Source: Acidimicrobiales bacterium
Lineage (GTDB): Bacteria; Actinomycetota; Acidimicrobiia; Acidimicrobiales; UBA8190
Length of the DNA: 64,000 nucleotides
Direction: 5' to 3'
Assembly (NCBI GenBank): GCA_050011815.1
Contig: JBEKIJ010000012.1
Location: forward strand, 18,974-82,973
Of the stretch, positions 49,122 through 59,572 are shown one piece after another (position 1 is the first letter of the stretch; every line of letters starts with the position of its first letter). Under the pieces are notes generated by a model, which saw only the letters and a program-made list of their open reading frames with translations, did not search any database and had not been told where the DNA came from. The position numbers and the translations under genes are program-made.

Positions 49122-52100
49122 TCAAGCCGGGGTCGAGCCCGTCCAGGCAGGCCTGGCTTCCCGCGCCGAAGTGTCGGGACCCGGGTCGGGAACCGCCTCG
49201 CCGTCGCGGTAGGTGATCGAGTTCGTGCGCACCGCCGCCACGCGCGGCCCGGGAAGGACGATCCCCACCAGGTTGAGGGGGTCCGCGGCGTTGAGGCGGA
49301 CGGTCTGGCCGGCTCGCTCGGTCCGTCGCACGCGGCGCAGGTCCTCGACGGCTTCGGGCAGGGCGTACTGCTCGCCGGCAGGGCCCGTCACGAAGCGGCC
49401 GCCCCGCACGAGGCCGCGCGCCTCGAGCCTGCGCAGGGCCCACATCACGTCGCGCCAGGGCAGGGCCAGGTTCTCGCGGGCCATCAGATCCCAGAAGACG
49501 ACGCCCCAGCGCGCCAGCAGCTGTCCGGCCACCTGCTCGGCGATCGTCTCGTTGTCGGTTTCTCCCCCGGTTTCTGTCCCGGGCCCACCCGTGGGCAACA
49601 GCGCCCACCGTCCCTCGCCACCTTCGCGCCAGGTCGCCGACCGGCGCCCGCCGGCGCGGAGGCGTTGTTCGTGGCGCTGGCGTCGCTTCCAGGCCTGGCG
49701 CGCCGAGAGCAGCGACCGCACGGCCTGGAAGCCGTCGGCGGTGACGATGCCGCGCGCCACCAGGTCCCACAACCCTTCCTCCACCTCGACCGGCAGGCGT
49801 CCGGTGGCGTTGCGGAGCTCGGAATGGAACATGGCCCCACCGGCTCGCAGCGCCTCGAGCACGTCTCGGGCCGCCCCGTGGACGGGCTCGGACGGCACGA
49901 GGTCACCGCGCGCGGCGCGCAGGAGCCACGAGAGGTCCTCGCGCAGTGCGAAGGTGATCGGCGTCGCCCGTGACGGCGTGGCCGATCCCCGCCGGGGGGT
50001 GTCCTCGGCATCGGGAGGTCGGGGCGACAGGCGACCCCAGACCAGCTCGCCCGAGTGGCACAGGTCCTCGAGCCAGCGGTGCTGATATCCCTCCACGCGG
50101 GCCGGGAGGATGGACTCCTCCCAGGCGCCGGCGGGGATCTCGAACCCCTGGAGTTGGTCGATCACCGCCAGGACGCCCGCACGCCCCTGGCGCTGGGTCC
50201 CGGGGGCGACGTGCTGCCACTGCAGCAGGAACCGCACGAGGTCCTGGGCGGTGACGGGCTCGATCTCACGGCGCAGGCGGTGCTGGGTGTAGGAGTGGAT
50301 GCGCGCCAGCAGTCGCCGGGCACACCATTGCTCGTCGTCGACGCCGGTGTCGAAGTGGCCCCGCATGGCGAACCCTTCGGCCTCGAGTCGTCCCAGCCCC
50401 ACCTGGACCCGGGTGCGGGCGAGCCCGGTGCGGGCCGTGAGCTCCGATACCGTGACCGGCCCCGTCACCTCGAGATGGCCGCGGACGGTTTCGCCGGCCA
50501 CCACATCAGCGTCGGGTTCCTCGGTGCCGGGCACCCCCGCGCCGGCTCTCATCTCGGGGAGGCGATCGGGGTGAAACGCGGCAGCGGGGAAGGCCACCTC
50601 CACCCACCGACGGCGCTCGGTGGCACACCACAGGTCGATACCGGTGTCGTCGGCGTCTGTCGCAGGGACCGTCGCACATGCGGCGCGTCCCGAGTCGGCC
50701 AGGGTGGTGAAGAAGGTGGCGTACTCCTTCTGTGGGCGCCACACGACGGCGCTCAGCAGCAGGTCGTGGAGTTCCTCGGGCCCGCGCACGTCGGGCGCGG
50801 CCTCGCCTCGGACGCGCTCGAGGGCGCCCGCATCGAGGCGCCCGAGGGATTCGGCGTGGAGGGGAAGCCCCCGTCGCAGCTGGACGGCGCGCGTGCGGCG
50901 TTCTTCGAGGGGGGCGTCATCGAGGAACGTGTAGGGCTTGCCGTTGAGGATCTCGTGCGCCAGGACCGAGGGCTCGGTCGAATCGACGAAGTGCACGCGC
51001 ACCGCACCCGCCTCCATCCGGCGCAGCAGTGCCACCAGCCCGTCCACGTCCATCGCTTCGTGGAGGCAGTCGAGGAGCGTCTGGCGCACGAGCACGTGGT
51101 CGGGGATGACCACCGGGCCTCCGGGCGTGTTCTCCTGGCAGGCGGCGAGGGCCGGGAAGACCGCCGCCATGAGGTCGTCGGCTTCCATCCGTTGAATGGG
51201 GAGGGGATTCTTCTTCCCGCCCCGGAAGCGCAGCACGGCCAGGGAGCGGTTGAGGTTCCACCGCCATCGGGCCGCGAACATGGGTGATGCCAGCACCGCC
51301 TGGCGCAGGACACCCTCGGCCGTCCCCGACCGCAGCAGGCGAGGGGCGCTGTCGAGCGGGAAGCTGTGCTGGGGGCCGAGAGACAGCACGACCGAGTCGT
51401 CGTTGGCGGCGGCCTGGAGCTCGAAGTCGAAGGTGGCACAGAACCGCTTGCGAAGCGCCAGACCCAGTCCCCGGTTGATGCGGCCCCCGAGCGGTACGTG
51501 CACCACCATCTGCATGCCGCCCGCCTCGTCGAAGAACCGCTCGAACACGATGTCGTCACCGGTCGGGAGCGTTCCCAGCTCGCCGAGGGCCGCGGCGAGG
51601 TACTGGACCAGTTGCTCGGCCGCATCGCCCTCGAGCCCGCACGCCTCTTCGACATGCGACCGGGCCTGGTCGATGCCTCGGGGGGACCGGTCGCCGGCGC
51701 CGGCATCGGCGAGGAGCTCACCCACGGCGTGGCGCAGCGCCGAGACCTCCTCGGAGAGCTCTTCGGTCCGGCTCGGGGCTTCCCCGACCCAGAACGGGAT
51801 GGTGGGGTGCGCACCTTCGGCGTCGGTCACCCGGACCTCGCCCTGGGTGACGCGCCGGATCCGCCACGAGTGGGTCCCGAGCAGGAACACGTCCCCCACC
51901 ATCGACTCGATGGCGAAGTCCTCGTTCACGGTGCCCACGGGGGTGTCGTCGGGATCGGCGATGACGCGGTAGTCGCCCACTTCGGCGATGGCACCACCGC
52001 TCGTGAGCGCGGCCAGGCGTGCCCCGCGCCGAGGGCGCAGCACGCCGTGCACGCCGTCGCGGTGCACGTAGGCCATGCGCTTCCCCCGGCCCGTGGTGAT

Positions 52101-53528
52101 GCCCTCCGACACGAGCTCGACCACGGCGTCGAAGTCGGCTCGTTCGAGCTCGGCGTAGGGCGCCGATCGGCGCATCAACTCGAAGAGCCCGTCCTCGGTC
52201 CACTCCTCGGCCGCGGCCACCTCGGCCACGATCTGCTGGGCCAGGATGTCGAGGGGGGCGACCGGGGAAACGGTGGCGTCGAGGCGTCCGGCGCGCACCG
52301 CGGCGAGCAGCGCCGCACACTCCACCAGCTCGTCGCGCGTCATGGGGTAGAGGATCCCCTCGGGCGTGCCGCCCCGGGAGTGGTTCGAGCGCCCCACCCG
52401 TTGGAGGAAGGTGGCGATGGCGCGTGGCGATCCCACCTGGCACACGAGCTCCACCGGTCCGATGTCGATGCCGAGCTCGAGCGATGCCGTGGCCACCAGG
52501 GCCCGGAGGTCGCCGGCCCGCAACCGGTCCTCGACGCGCAGGCGGCGGTCCTTGGAGAGGCTGCCGTGGTGCGCGGCCACCTGCTCGGGCCCGAGCCGCT
52601 CGCCGAGGAGGTGGGCGAGGCGCTCTGACATCCGCCGCGTGTTCACGAACACGAGCGTGGTGCGGTGGTCGCGCACGTGGGCGGCGATGCGGTCGATCAC
52701 CTCGCCGAACTGCTCGGTCGAGGACACCGCGGAGAGCTCGGTTTCGGGGAGCTCGATGCGGACGGACAGGCGCCGGGCATGGCCGCAGTCCACGATGGCG
52801 GTCTTGTGAGGGTCACCGACGCCGCTCAGCAGGCGGGCGGTCTGCTCGATGGGGCGTTGCGTCGCCGACAGGCCGATGCGCTGAGGTCGCCGACCGAGTT
52901 GGAGATGCTCGAGGCGTTCGAGGGTGATGGCCAGGTGCGAGCCCCGTTTGTCCCGTGCCAGCGCGTGGATCTCGTCCACGATCACGCTGTCCACGCCGCC
53001 GAGCACGGCCCGGCTGCGCTGGGCGGTGACGAGAAGGTAGAGGCTCTCGGGGGTGGTCACCAGAAACGTCGGCGGCGTCTTGAGCATGGCGGTGCGGGCG
53101 CTGGCGGTGGTGTCGCCGGTGCGCACCGCCACGGTGACGGGGGGGACGGCCAAGTCCAGCTCCCGCGCCACCTCGGCGATCTCGGCCAGCGGGCGTTCGA
53201 GGTTCTGGTGGATGTCCACCGCCAGGGCCTTCAAGGGGGAGACGTAGACCACCCGGACGGTTCCGGCGATGTCCTCGCCGCGCGCCGCGGCCCGGTAGGC
53301 GGCGTCGATGGCGACGAGGAATCCGGCCAAGGTCTTCCCCGAGCCGGTGGGAGCGGCGATCAGCGTGTCGGTGCCCTGGGCGATGAGGGGCCAGCCCTGC
53401 TCCTGAGGTGCCGAGGGACCGGCCGGGAAACGCCGGGCGAACCAGGTAGCCACGGCGGGATGGAACCCGTCCAGGCCGGTGGGCCCGGCCCGGTCAGGGG
53501 GCGAGTCGGTGGGGAGCATCGGGACCAT
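49122..53528 (-). CDS. lhr: ATP-dependent helicase Lhr (large helicase-related, DEAH-type superfamily 2)
   Basis: About 1468 aa from MVPMLPTD. Has Walker A (APTGSGKT), a DEIH box (VIVDEIHAL), the helicase C domain and the long Lhr C-terminal extension. The first ~309 codons of the 1777-aa ORF look like a non-coding extension. Confidence 0.85.
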   Translation of the reverse strand: MVPMLPTDSPPDRAGPTGLDGFHPAVATWFARRFPAGPSAPQEQGWPLIAQGTDTLIAAPTGSGKTLAGFLVAIDAAYRAAARGEDIAGTVRVVYVSPLKALAVDIHQNLERPLAEIAEVARELDLAVPPVTVAVRTGDTTASARTAMLKTPPTFLVTTPESLYLLVTAQRSRAVLGGVDSVIVDEIHALARDKRGSHLAITLERLEHLQLGRRPQRIGLSATQRPIEQTARLLSGVGDPHKTAIVDCGHARRLSVRIELPETELSAVSSTEQFGEVIDRIAAHVRDHRTTLVFVNTRRMSERLAHLLGERLGPEQVAAHHGSLSKDRRLRVEDRLRAGDLRALVATASLELGIDIGPVELVCQVGSPRAIATFLQRVGRSNHSRGGTPEGILYPMTRDELVECAALLAAVRAGRLDATVSPVAPLDILAQQIVAEVAAAEEWTEDGLFELMRRSAPYAELERADFDAVVELVSEGITTGRGKRMAYVHRDGVHGVLRPRRGARLAALTSGGAIAEVGDYRVIADPDDTPVGTVNEDFAIESMVGDVFLLGTHSWRIRRVTQGEVRVTDAEGAHPTIPFWVGEAPSRTEELSEEVSALRHAVGELLADAGAGDRSPRGIDQARSHVEEACGLEGDAAEQLVQYLAAALGELGTLPTGDDIVFERFFDEAGGMQMVVHVPLGGRINRGLGLALRKRFCATFDFELQAAANDDSVVLSLGPQHSFPLDSAPRLLRSGTAEGVLRQAVLASPMFAARWRWNLNRSLAVLRFRGGKKNPLPIQRMEADDLMAAVFPALAACQENTPGGPVVIPDHVLVRQTLLDCLHEAMDVDGLVALLRRMEAGAVRVHFVDSTEPSVLAHEILNGKPYTFLDDAPLEERRTRAVQLRRGLPLHAESLGRLDAGALERVRGEAAPDVRGPEELHDLLLSAVVWRPQKEYATFFTTLADSGRAACATVPATDADDTGIDLWCATERRRWVEVAFPAAAFHPDRLPEMRAGAGVPGTEEPDADVVAGETVRGHLEVTGPVTVSELTARTGLARTRVQVGLGRLEAEGFAMRGHFDTGVDDEQWCARRLLARIHSYTQHRLRREIEPVTAQDLVRFLLQWQHVAPGTQRQGRAGVLAVIDQLQGFEIPAGAWEESILPARVEGYQHRWLEDLCHSGELVWGRLSPRPPDAEDTPRRGSATPSRATPITFALREDLSWLLRAARGDLVPSEPVHGAARDVLEALRAGGAMFHSELRNATGRLPVEVEEGLWDLVARGIVTADGFQAVRSLLSARQAWKRRQRHEQRLRAGGRRSATWREGGEGRWALLPTGGPGTETGGETDNETIAEQVAGQLLARWGVVFWDLMARENLALPWRDVMWALRRLEARGLVRGGRFVTGPAGEQYALPEAVEDLRRVRRTERAGQTVRLNAADPLNLVGIVLPGPRVAAVRTNSITYRDGEAVPDPGPDTSAREARPAWTGSTPA

Positions 53529-53633
53529 TCCATCATCTCCGTGTGACGCCGGCGACGGCGCCCCGGCCCCGGTCGCCGGTCGACCCACCACGGCGGGCCC
53601 CACGGGGGAGAGGCACGGGGTAGACAGTCGTCC

Positions 53634-54503
53634 ATGCGAATCGGTGTCGTCTTCCCCCAGACCGAGATCGGTGCCGACGTGGGCGCGGTGCGCGCCTACG
53701 CCGAGGAGATCGAGGGCCTGGGATTCACCCATGTCCTGGCCTACGACCATGTCCTGGGCGCCGATCCGGCCGTGCATCGGGGGTGGTCGGGCCCCTACGA
53801 CCTGGAATCGACCTTCTACGAGCCGTTCGTGCTGTTCGGCTACCTCGCGGCCTGCACATCGCTCGAGTTCGCCACGGGGGTGATCATCCTCCCCCAACGC
53901 CAGACCGCCCTGGTGGCCAAGCAGGCTTCCATGGTGGACCTCTTCTCCGGCGGTCGCCTCCGCCTGGGTGTGGGGCTGGGCTGGAACGCGGTGGAGTACG
54001 AAGCGATGGGGAAGGCCTTCTCCGATCGCGGCAAGAGGATCGAAGAACAGGTCGAGCTGCTGCGCCGGCTGTGGACCGAGCCGTCGGTCACGCTGCAGGG
54101 CAATTACGAATACGTCACCGGTGCGGGCCTGGCGCCGCTCCCGACACAGCGGCCCATCCCGGTGTGGTTCGGGGCACAGTCGCCACCCGCCTACCGGCGG
54201 GCCGGTCGTCTGGGAGATGGCTGGCTGCCCCAGGTGCCTCCGGGCCCCAAGCTCGACGAGGCCCGGGCCATGGTGGAGAGCGCGGCCCGCCAGGCGGGAC
54301 GGGATCCGAGTGCGCTCGGCATGGAGGGCCGCGTCAGCTGGGGCGACAAGACGGTCGACAAACTGGCCGAGCAGGTGGGTCGCTGGCGCAGTGCCGGTGC
54401 CTCGCACCTGTCGGTGAACACCATGGGCTGCGGTCTGGCGACGGTCGACGACCACCTGGGCGTCCTCCGAGAGATCGCCCGGAGCCTCGACCTGGCCTCC
54501 TGA
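53634..54503 (+). CDS. LLM-class F420-dependent oxidoreductase (TIGR03619-like)
   Basis: 289 aa with a luciferase-like TIM-barrel signature (GFTHVLAYDHV, GVGLGWN). Confidence 0.8.
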   Translation: MRIGVVFPQTEIGADVGAVRAYAEEIEGLGFTHVLAYDHVLGADPAVHRGWSGPYDLESTFYEPFVLFGYLAACTSLEFATGVIILPQRQTALVAKQASMVDLFSGGRLRLGVGLGWNAVEYEAMGKAFSDRGKRIEEQVELLRRLWTEPSVTLQGNYEYVTGAGLAPLPTQRPIPVWFGAQSPPAYRRAGRLGDGWLPQVPPGPKLDEARAMVESAARQAGRDPSALGMEGRVSWGDKTVDKLAEQVGRWRSAGASHLSVNTMGCGLATVDDHLGVLREIARSLDLAS

Positions 54504-54642
54504 CAGGAGGTCTGACCGGGATCCCCCGAGGGTCCCATGGCGCCAGTGACCGGTGTCGGGTCACGGCGTAGGCTGGGTAGCGGCGCACCATGAGCTCAGG
54601 TCATCCCTGGCTTCACCGACGGCTGAGACTTGGGGGTATCCG

Positions 54643-54942
54643 ATGGCGATCGGAGTACAACTCGACTTCAAAGGCGGCACGCTCGATCAATACGACGAGG
54701 TCATCGAGCGGATGGGGTTGCTTCCCGGCGGCCCGAGCGCGCCGGAGGAACTGTTCCACTGGGTGACGAAGACAGACGACGGCATCCGTGTCGTCGACGT
54801 CTGGGAGTCGCGCGAGGCGTTCGACCAGTTCATGTCTCTGAGATTTGGGGCGGTGGCGCCGGAGGTGGGCGTGGACGACCCACCCGAGATCCAGTTCTTC
54901 GAGGTGCACAATTACTTCTCCGGAGGTCGGTGGAGAGGCTGA
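54643..54942 (+). CDS. Hypothetical small protein (ABM/Dabb-like?)
   Basis: About 100 aa with a GGGGG RBS. The fold assignment is a guess. Confidence 0.35.
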   Translation: MAIGVQLDFKGGTLDQYDEVIERMGLLPGGPSAPEELFHWVTKTDDGIRVVDVWESREAFDQFMSLRFGAVAPEVGVDDPPEIQFFEVHNYFSGGRWRG

Positions 54943-54994
54943 TCTGCTCTCGGGAGAACCCGACCATCCGGTCGCATCGGGGCCCCAAAAGAGG

Positions 54995-55735
54995 ATGTGT
55001 GTGAACGAACCGCAGGGACCGACGCCTCCTTCATTGGCCTCGGAGCAACAGCACCTCACGCGGACTCGCATTGCGCGAGCCGCCATGGAAGTCGTGGCAG
55101 AACGAGGATTCGAGGCCACCGTCGACGAGATCGCGCAATTGTCGGGGGTCAGCCCCCGCACCATCTTCCGCCACTACGTCAGCCACGACCGATTGATCGC
55201 CGCCACCGTCAGGGACATGTTCGAGGAGTGCGGGCGGTATCCGATCGAGAGCTCGCCTCGGATCGTCGATGACCTCGGCGGCTGGATCGACAGGCTGCCG
55301 AAGAGTTTCGACGACCTCGACGCCTGGCTCGAAAAGCTGGCGGTGACGGTGCACACCAGGACCGCCCGCATCTTCGGGAGGGCGTTCTGGGACATCCACG
55401 CCCCCAATCCCACCGCCTCGGCGGCGCTGTCGGAGCTGGCCGTCTTCCGCCGCCAGTACCGCCTCCAGGGGGTGGGATATCTCACCGCCGTGGCCTGGCG
55501 GACTGCCGGCGGCGTGGGCGATCCACCCGAGGACCTGGTCTTGGCGTTCGCCCTCAATCTCTCGGCGTTCACGACGCATTCGCTCATGATCGACTTCGAC
55601 AAGAACCCGACCGAGGTCGGGGTACTGACCGCAGACATCCTCAAGGCCTTCGTCCGGACCGCCGTCGAGGATCAACGCGGTGGCGGTAGTGGTGGCAACA
55701 GGCGCCACCGCCGCTCCATCGCGGCCACCGAATGA
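54995..55735 (+). CDS. TetR family transcriptional regulator
   Basis: RBS AAAAGAGG. The helix-turn-helix is TVDEIAQLSGVSPRTIFRHY. Confidence 0.75.
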   Translation: MCVNEPQGPTPPSLASEQQHLTRTRIARAAMEVVAERGFEATVDEIAQLSGVSPRTIFRHYVSHDRLIAATVRDMFEECGRYPIESSPRIVDDLGGWIDRLPKSFDDLDAWLEKLAVTVHTRTARIFGRAFWDIHAPNPTASAALSELAVFRRQYRLQGVGYLTAVAWRTAGGVGDPPEDLVLAFALNLSAFTTHSLMIDFDKNPTEVGVLTADILKAFVRTAVEDQRGGGSGGNRRHRRSIAATE

Positions 55736-55772
55736 GTCGTCGTGGACCCGGTCTGATCAGGACCTCACCCGG

Positions 55773-56771
55773 TCACCGAGACGGTGCGGGAGCAAGACGA
55801 CCGATAGCGCGGAGATAGCCGACCGTATCGGCGAAGGTCTCGCCGAGGGGACGGTACGTGCAGCCCAGATCGGCGAGCGTGGACCTGTCGTCGGTGGGGA
55901 CGCCGCTGGTCATGATGATGGCTGCTTCTTCGGAAAGAGGAGCGGAGCCCTTTCCCTCGGCGCGCATCCGGTCGAATTGCCGACCCAGGTCGATCATCTC
56001 GGCCGCGGTCACCTCCTGGTGGGCCACCTCGACTCCCGCCGCCGCGCCGAGCGCCTGGGTCCATTCCGCCCACGTGACGTACCGGCCACCGGCGAGGTAG
56101 TGCCGGGGCCCCCGCCCGGGTTCCACGGCCTTCGCCAACATCGTGGCCAGGTCGCGCACGTCGACCACGCCGAGTCCGCCGGGAGGAACCAACATGAAGG
56201 TCTCGAGCGCGGCGAGCACGGCCCCGAAGCTCCCGTCGAGGTGCGGCGACATGGGCCCGTAGGCCCCGCCGATGGTGAAGCTCGTGATGGGGGCACCCGC
56301 CGCCTGCCACCCCCGCACCAGGAGCTCGGCCTCTCGCTTGGAGGCGCCGTAGCTCGACAGAGGCTGGGCCAGCGGGCTGTCGGTGGTGATGATCGGCTCG
56401 TCGGTGGGGAGATGGACGGTGATGGTCGAGGTGTAGACGATCGGGTCGAGCCCGGCATCGAGGGCGGCCGACATCACCGTGCGTACCCCGTCCACATTCG
56501 CCGTCGTCTTGGGCCCGGTCCCGCCTTCGACGCCCACCTCGCCGGCGGCGTGGACGACGGCGTCGCACCCCTTCACCGCCGCGGCCACCGCCACCGGGTC
56601 GGTCATGTCGCCCTGCACCGCCGTCGCGCTCACCCCGTGCGGTCCGAGCGCTCCCGCAATCCGGTCGGGATTCCTGACGAGGATCCGCACGTCGTGACCG
56701 TCACGTCGAAGCGCAGCCACGGCGTGTGACCCGATGAACCCCGTGGCGCCTGTGACGAGAACCAGCATCAC
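55773..56771 (-). CDS. NAD-dependent epimerase/dehydratase (extended SDR) family protein
   Basis: Has the Rossmann motif VTGATGFIGSH and a YxxxK motif (YGASKREAE). Confidence 0.8.
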   Translation of the reverse strand: MMLVLVTGATGFIGSHAVAALRRDGHDVRILVRNPDRIAGALGPHGVSATAVQGDMTDPVAVAAAVKGCDAVVHAAGEVGVEGGTGPKTTANVDGVRTVMSAALDAGLDPIVYTSTITVHLPTDEPIITTDSPLAQPLSSYGASKREAELLVRGWQAAGAPITSFTIGGAYGPMSPHLDGSFGAVLAALETFMLVPPGGLGVVDVRDLATMLAKAVEPGRGPRHYLAGGRYVTWAEWTQALGAAAGVEVAHQEVTAAEMIDLGRQFDRMRAEGKGSAPLSEEAAIIMTSGVPTDDRSTLADLGCTYRPLGETFADTVGYLRAIGRLAPAPSR

Positions 56772-56842
56772 TCACCTTGTCTCCGCGTGCTCCCGCTGTC
56801 GGTCGACCCCATGGTGCGGGTACTCCGGGGTTCGATTGTGCA

Positions 56843-57346
56843 TCACGATACATCCATGACGAAGAGCGGAAGCTCTCTGTCGGCGATCGAGTGGGACGCC
56901 GTCGTGCCGAACGCTTCGGCCCCCACGTGTTCGTAGAAGCCGGCGGCGAAGGGATCGGCCTCGATCCGGAAGCGTGAGAACCCCGCGTCCCGGGCCGCTC
57001 GCACGGCGTCGTCGAACAGCAGGGCGCCCACTCCGGTGCCGATGACCTCGGGCTCGACGAACAGCGTCGACAGCTCGGCGTCGTCGCTGTCGGTCCCGAC
57101 GAGACCGTAGAAGCCCAAGAGGCGATGGGTCGTCTCGTCGACCGCAACGGTCAATCGGTGCGTGATCAGGTCCTCGGGTCGCACCGTCAACTCGTCGCGA
57201 CATGCTTCGATGAACTGCGCGTCGTAGCCCCAGTGCGCCTTCGATCGCAGGGCCAGACGGGTGAGGTCCTCGATCTCCTCCACCCGGGCCCGTCGAAGGA
57301 CCACGCTCTCCCCTCGAATCGGGTTGCCGCGATGATCCTCCGCCAT
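56843..57346 (-). CDS. GNAT family N-acetyltransferase
   Basis: 167 aa with motif A (GTGVGALLFDDAVRAARDAGF). Confidence 0.7.
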   Translation of the reverse strand: MAEDHRGNPIRGESVVLRRARVEEIEDLTRLALRSKAHWGYDAQFIEACRDELTVRPEDLITHRLTVAVDETTHRLLGFYGLVGTDSDDAELSTLFVEPEVIGTGVGALLFDDAVRAARDAGFSRFRIEADPFAAGFYEHVGAEAFGTTASHSIADRELPLFVMDVS

Positions 57347-57372
57347 GAGGGTCGGTACCGGTGTTCGGGCCG

Positions 57373-58101
57373 TTAGAGCTGGCGCGTCGGAATCGCCGTC
57401 TCGATGGCGGAGCTGCCCTGGCGGCGGATCTCGTAGGCCTGGGCACCGGGCTTCTCGGTGATCGCCTCGTAGAGCTCGGTGCCCCGGTAGACGAGTCCCG
57501 CCCCGTTGTCGGTGGCATAGGCGTCGGGCAAGGTGCCGTCGGCCACGAGACGCCGGATGAGGGGACGACGTTGCGGCTCGGCGTCATGGTGCGGACTGTT
57601 GCTGAAAGGCAGGAACCCCAGAGCGTCGGTCACGGCGCGCAGGGGCAACCCGAAGGAATCGGTCGTCCCTCCCATGTGCCAACAGAGGGAACCGGCCGAG
57701 ACCCCCATCAACACCGTGCCCGCTTGCCATGCCGAACGGAGGATGGTGTCGAGCCCGTGCAGCCGCCACAGCGCCAGCAGGTTGGCCGTACTCCCTCCGC
57801 TCACCCAGATCACGTCCTGTTTCGACAGATGGCCCTCGATGTCGTCGAAGTTGGGCATGGGGAACAGGTCCAGATGCGACACCACCATGTCGAGCTTCGA
57901 GAATGCGTGATGCATGGCGGTCAGCCACATCGGGCTGTCTCCCACGGCGGTGGCGATGATGCACAGGCGGGGATGGGCCCCTGCTCGGGCCAGCTGGGCC
58001 GCCAACGAGTAGGCCGGCCCGGGTCGGAGGTTCCACATGTCCGCCCCATCGGGTTGGAAGCCGATGCTCGTGGCCAGGATGGTGGGCTGGGGGGCCGACA
58101 C
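57373..58101 (-). CDS. Peptidase S51 (dipeptidase E/cyanophycinase-like) family protein
   Basis: Has a Ser nucleophile context (GVSAGS) and the S51 pattern VSGGSTANLL. Confidence 0.65.
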   Translation of the reverse strand: MSAPQPTILATSIGFQPDGADMWNLRPGPAYSLAAQLARAGAHPRLCIIATAVGDSPMWLTAMHHAFSKLDMVVSHLDLFPMPNFDDIEGHLSKQDVIWVSGGSTANLLALWRLHGLDTILRSAWQAGTVLMGVSAGSLCWHMGGTTDSFGLPLRAVTDALGFLPFSNSPHHDAEPQRRPLIRRLVADGTLPDAYATDNGAGLVYRGTELYEAITEKPGAQAYEIRRQGSSAIETAIPTRQL

Positions 58102-58303
58102 GGCACCGTTCTACCTCAGGCCCCCTCGGATCCGGGTTTCTGTCCCCGAGGTCTCCCACCAGGGGCGACGGACACCGGCGGCGGGTGCGGTCCGGCGGCC
58201 TTCACAGGATCCCCACAGACATCTCATGGACACTTCAAAGCGTGGTGCGTTCGAATCCGAGCCAGAGGGCAACGAAGGGCCCGCTTTGGTCCAGAGGAGC
58301 ACG

Positions 58304-58663
58304 ATGAACACCGAGTGGATGAGCCAAGCCAAGTGCAGGAACATGGACCCGGCGGTGTTCTTCCCGAGCGACGGGGTCGGGGTGCAAGCCGCCCAGCGCA
58401 TCTGCGCCGACTGCGAGGTGGCGCGGCCGTGCCTGGAGTACGCCCTGGCCAGCAAGATCGAAGAAGGCGTGTGGGGCGGCGCCTCGGAGCGCCACCGCCG
58501 CCGCCTTCTCCGCCAGCGCCGGGCGGCGAACACCCGCCTCGGTGGCGGGGGCGGGCGCGAGCTCGTGGGCGGCCGGGCGGACGCCTCGGCCACGGGTGCC
58601 TCCCGGCGCCGCTACGGCCAGGTGCTCACGCGCGCCGATCTCCTGGACGGGGCGCACCGGTAG
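58304..58663 (+). CDS. whiB: WhiB family transcriptional regulator (second paralog, with a Gly/Arg-rich C-terminal extension)
   Basis: RBS GAGGAG. Four Cys (CRNMD...CADCEVARPC) and a GVWGG turn. Confidence 0.7.
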   Translation: MNTEWMSQAKCRNMDPAVFFPSDGVGVQAAQRICADCEVARPCLEYALASKIEEGVWGGASERHRRRLLRQRRAANTRLGGGGGRELVGGRADASATGASRRRYGQVLTRADLLDGAHR

Positions 58664-58750
58664 CGCATCACCTCGTTGTCACCCGCCACGGCGGGTCCTC
58701 GGTGACGGCGGACAGCCCCGCCCCGGGACCCCCTTCGCGACAATGGGGCG

Positions 58751-59401
58751 ATGACGCCCGTGGTCCTGTTCGATCTCGACAACACGCTCATCGATCGCGA
58801 CGGCGCCTTTCGCCACTGGGCCGGGGGGTTCCTGGCGGATCGGGATCTGGACCCGACCGAGTTGGAGTGGGTGCGGCGCGAGGACGACGACGGCAAGGCT
58901 TCCCGTCACGTCTTCTTCGCCGCGCTGCGGGCCCGGTTCGGGCTTTCTGAGAGCGTCGAGGATCTCGTCGGCGCCTACCAGGAAGCGATCCCGACCCTCC
59001 ACCACCCCGAACGGCACGTGCTCGCCGGGTTGCGAGCACTCCGGGCCGCGGGATGGAAGACCGCGGTCGTCACCAACGGCCCGGCGACCCAGGAGTCCAA
59101 GATCCGATCTGCGGGCCTCGACACCGTGCTCGATGCGTGGTGCATCTCGGGGCTCGTCGGGGTGGCGAAGCCCGAGCGGGCCATCTTCGAGGAAGCGGCT
59201 CGCCGCGCCGGCGCCACCCTGCAGGGGTGGATGGTGGGAGACACCGCCGAGATCGACATCCTCGGTGGGATCGGCGCCGGGCTGCGAACGATCTGGATGG
59301 CGAGAGACCGTCCCTGGACCGCCCGAGAATACGAACCGGAGCTCATGGCTGGCGACGTGGCGGAAGCCGCCCGCCTGATCCTCGAGAGCGACAGCGCGTG
59401 A
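58751..59401 (+). CDS. HAD family hydrolase (subfamily IA)
   Basis: Motif I is LFDLDNTL, motif II is VVTNG and motif IV is GDTAEIDILG. Confidence 0.75.
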   Translation: MTPVVLFDLDNTLIDRDGAFRHWAGGFLADRDLDPTELEWVRREDDDGKASRHVFFAALRARFGLSESVEDLVGAYQEAIPTLHHPERHVLAGLRALRAAGWKTAVVTNGPATQESKIRSAGLDTVLDAWCISGLVGVAKPERAIFEEAARRAGATLQGWMVGDTAEIDILGGIGAGLRTIWMARDRPWTAREYEPELMAGDVAEAARLILESDSA

Positions 59402-59572
59402 TGCAGGCTCGTTTCCCTGCGTGTTCGTCAGGGTACGCTCGATCCCGGCGCGCAGCCCGGCTCCATCGGCCCCGCGCCGCATCCCCAGACACGCCACAGA
59501 CACGGACACGCCACAGACACATGATGAGCCGATCATGATGAGCCGAGACACGACCAGAAGGAGTCCGCTGCC

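Noticed and set aside
53529-54455. N-terminal 309 codons of the 1777-aa lhr ORF
   Set aside because: No helicase motifs appear before MVPMLPTD. The extension overlaps the divergent LLM gene promoter and start, and its composition is non-protein-like. A start at 53528 is adopted instead.
58236-58262. GTTCGAATCC T-loop-like motif suggesting a tRNA between the peptidase and whiB2
   Set aside because: Flanking bases do not form a T-stem or an acceptor stem, so no cloverleaf can be drawn.
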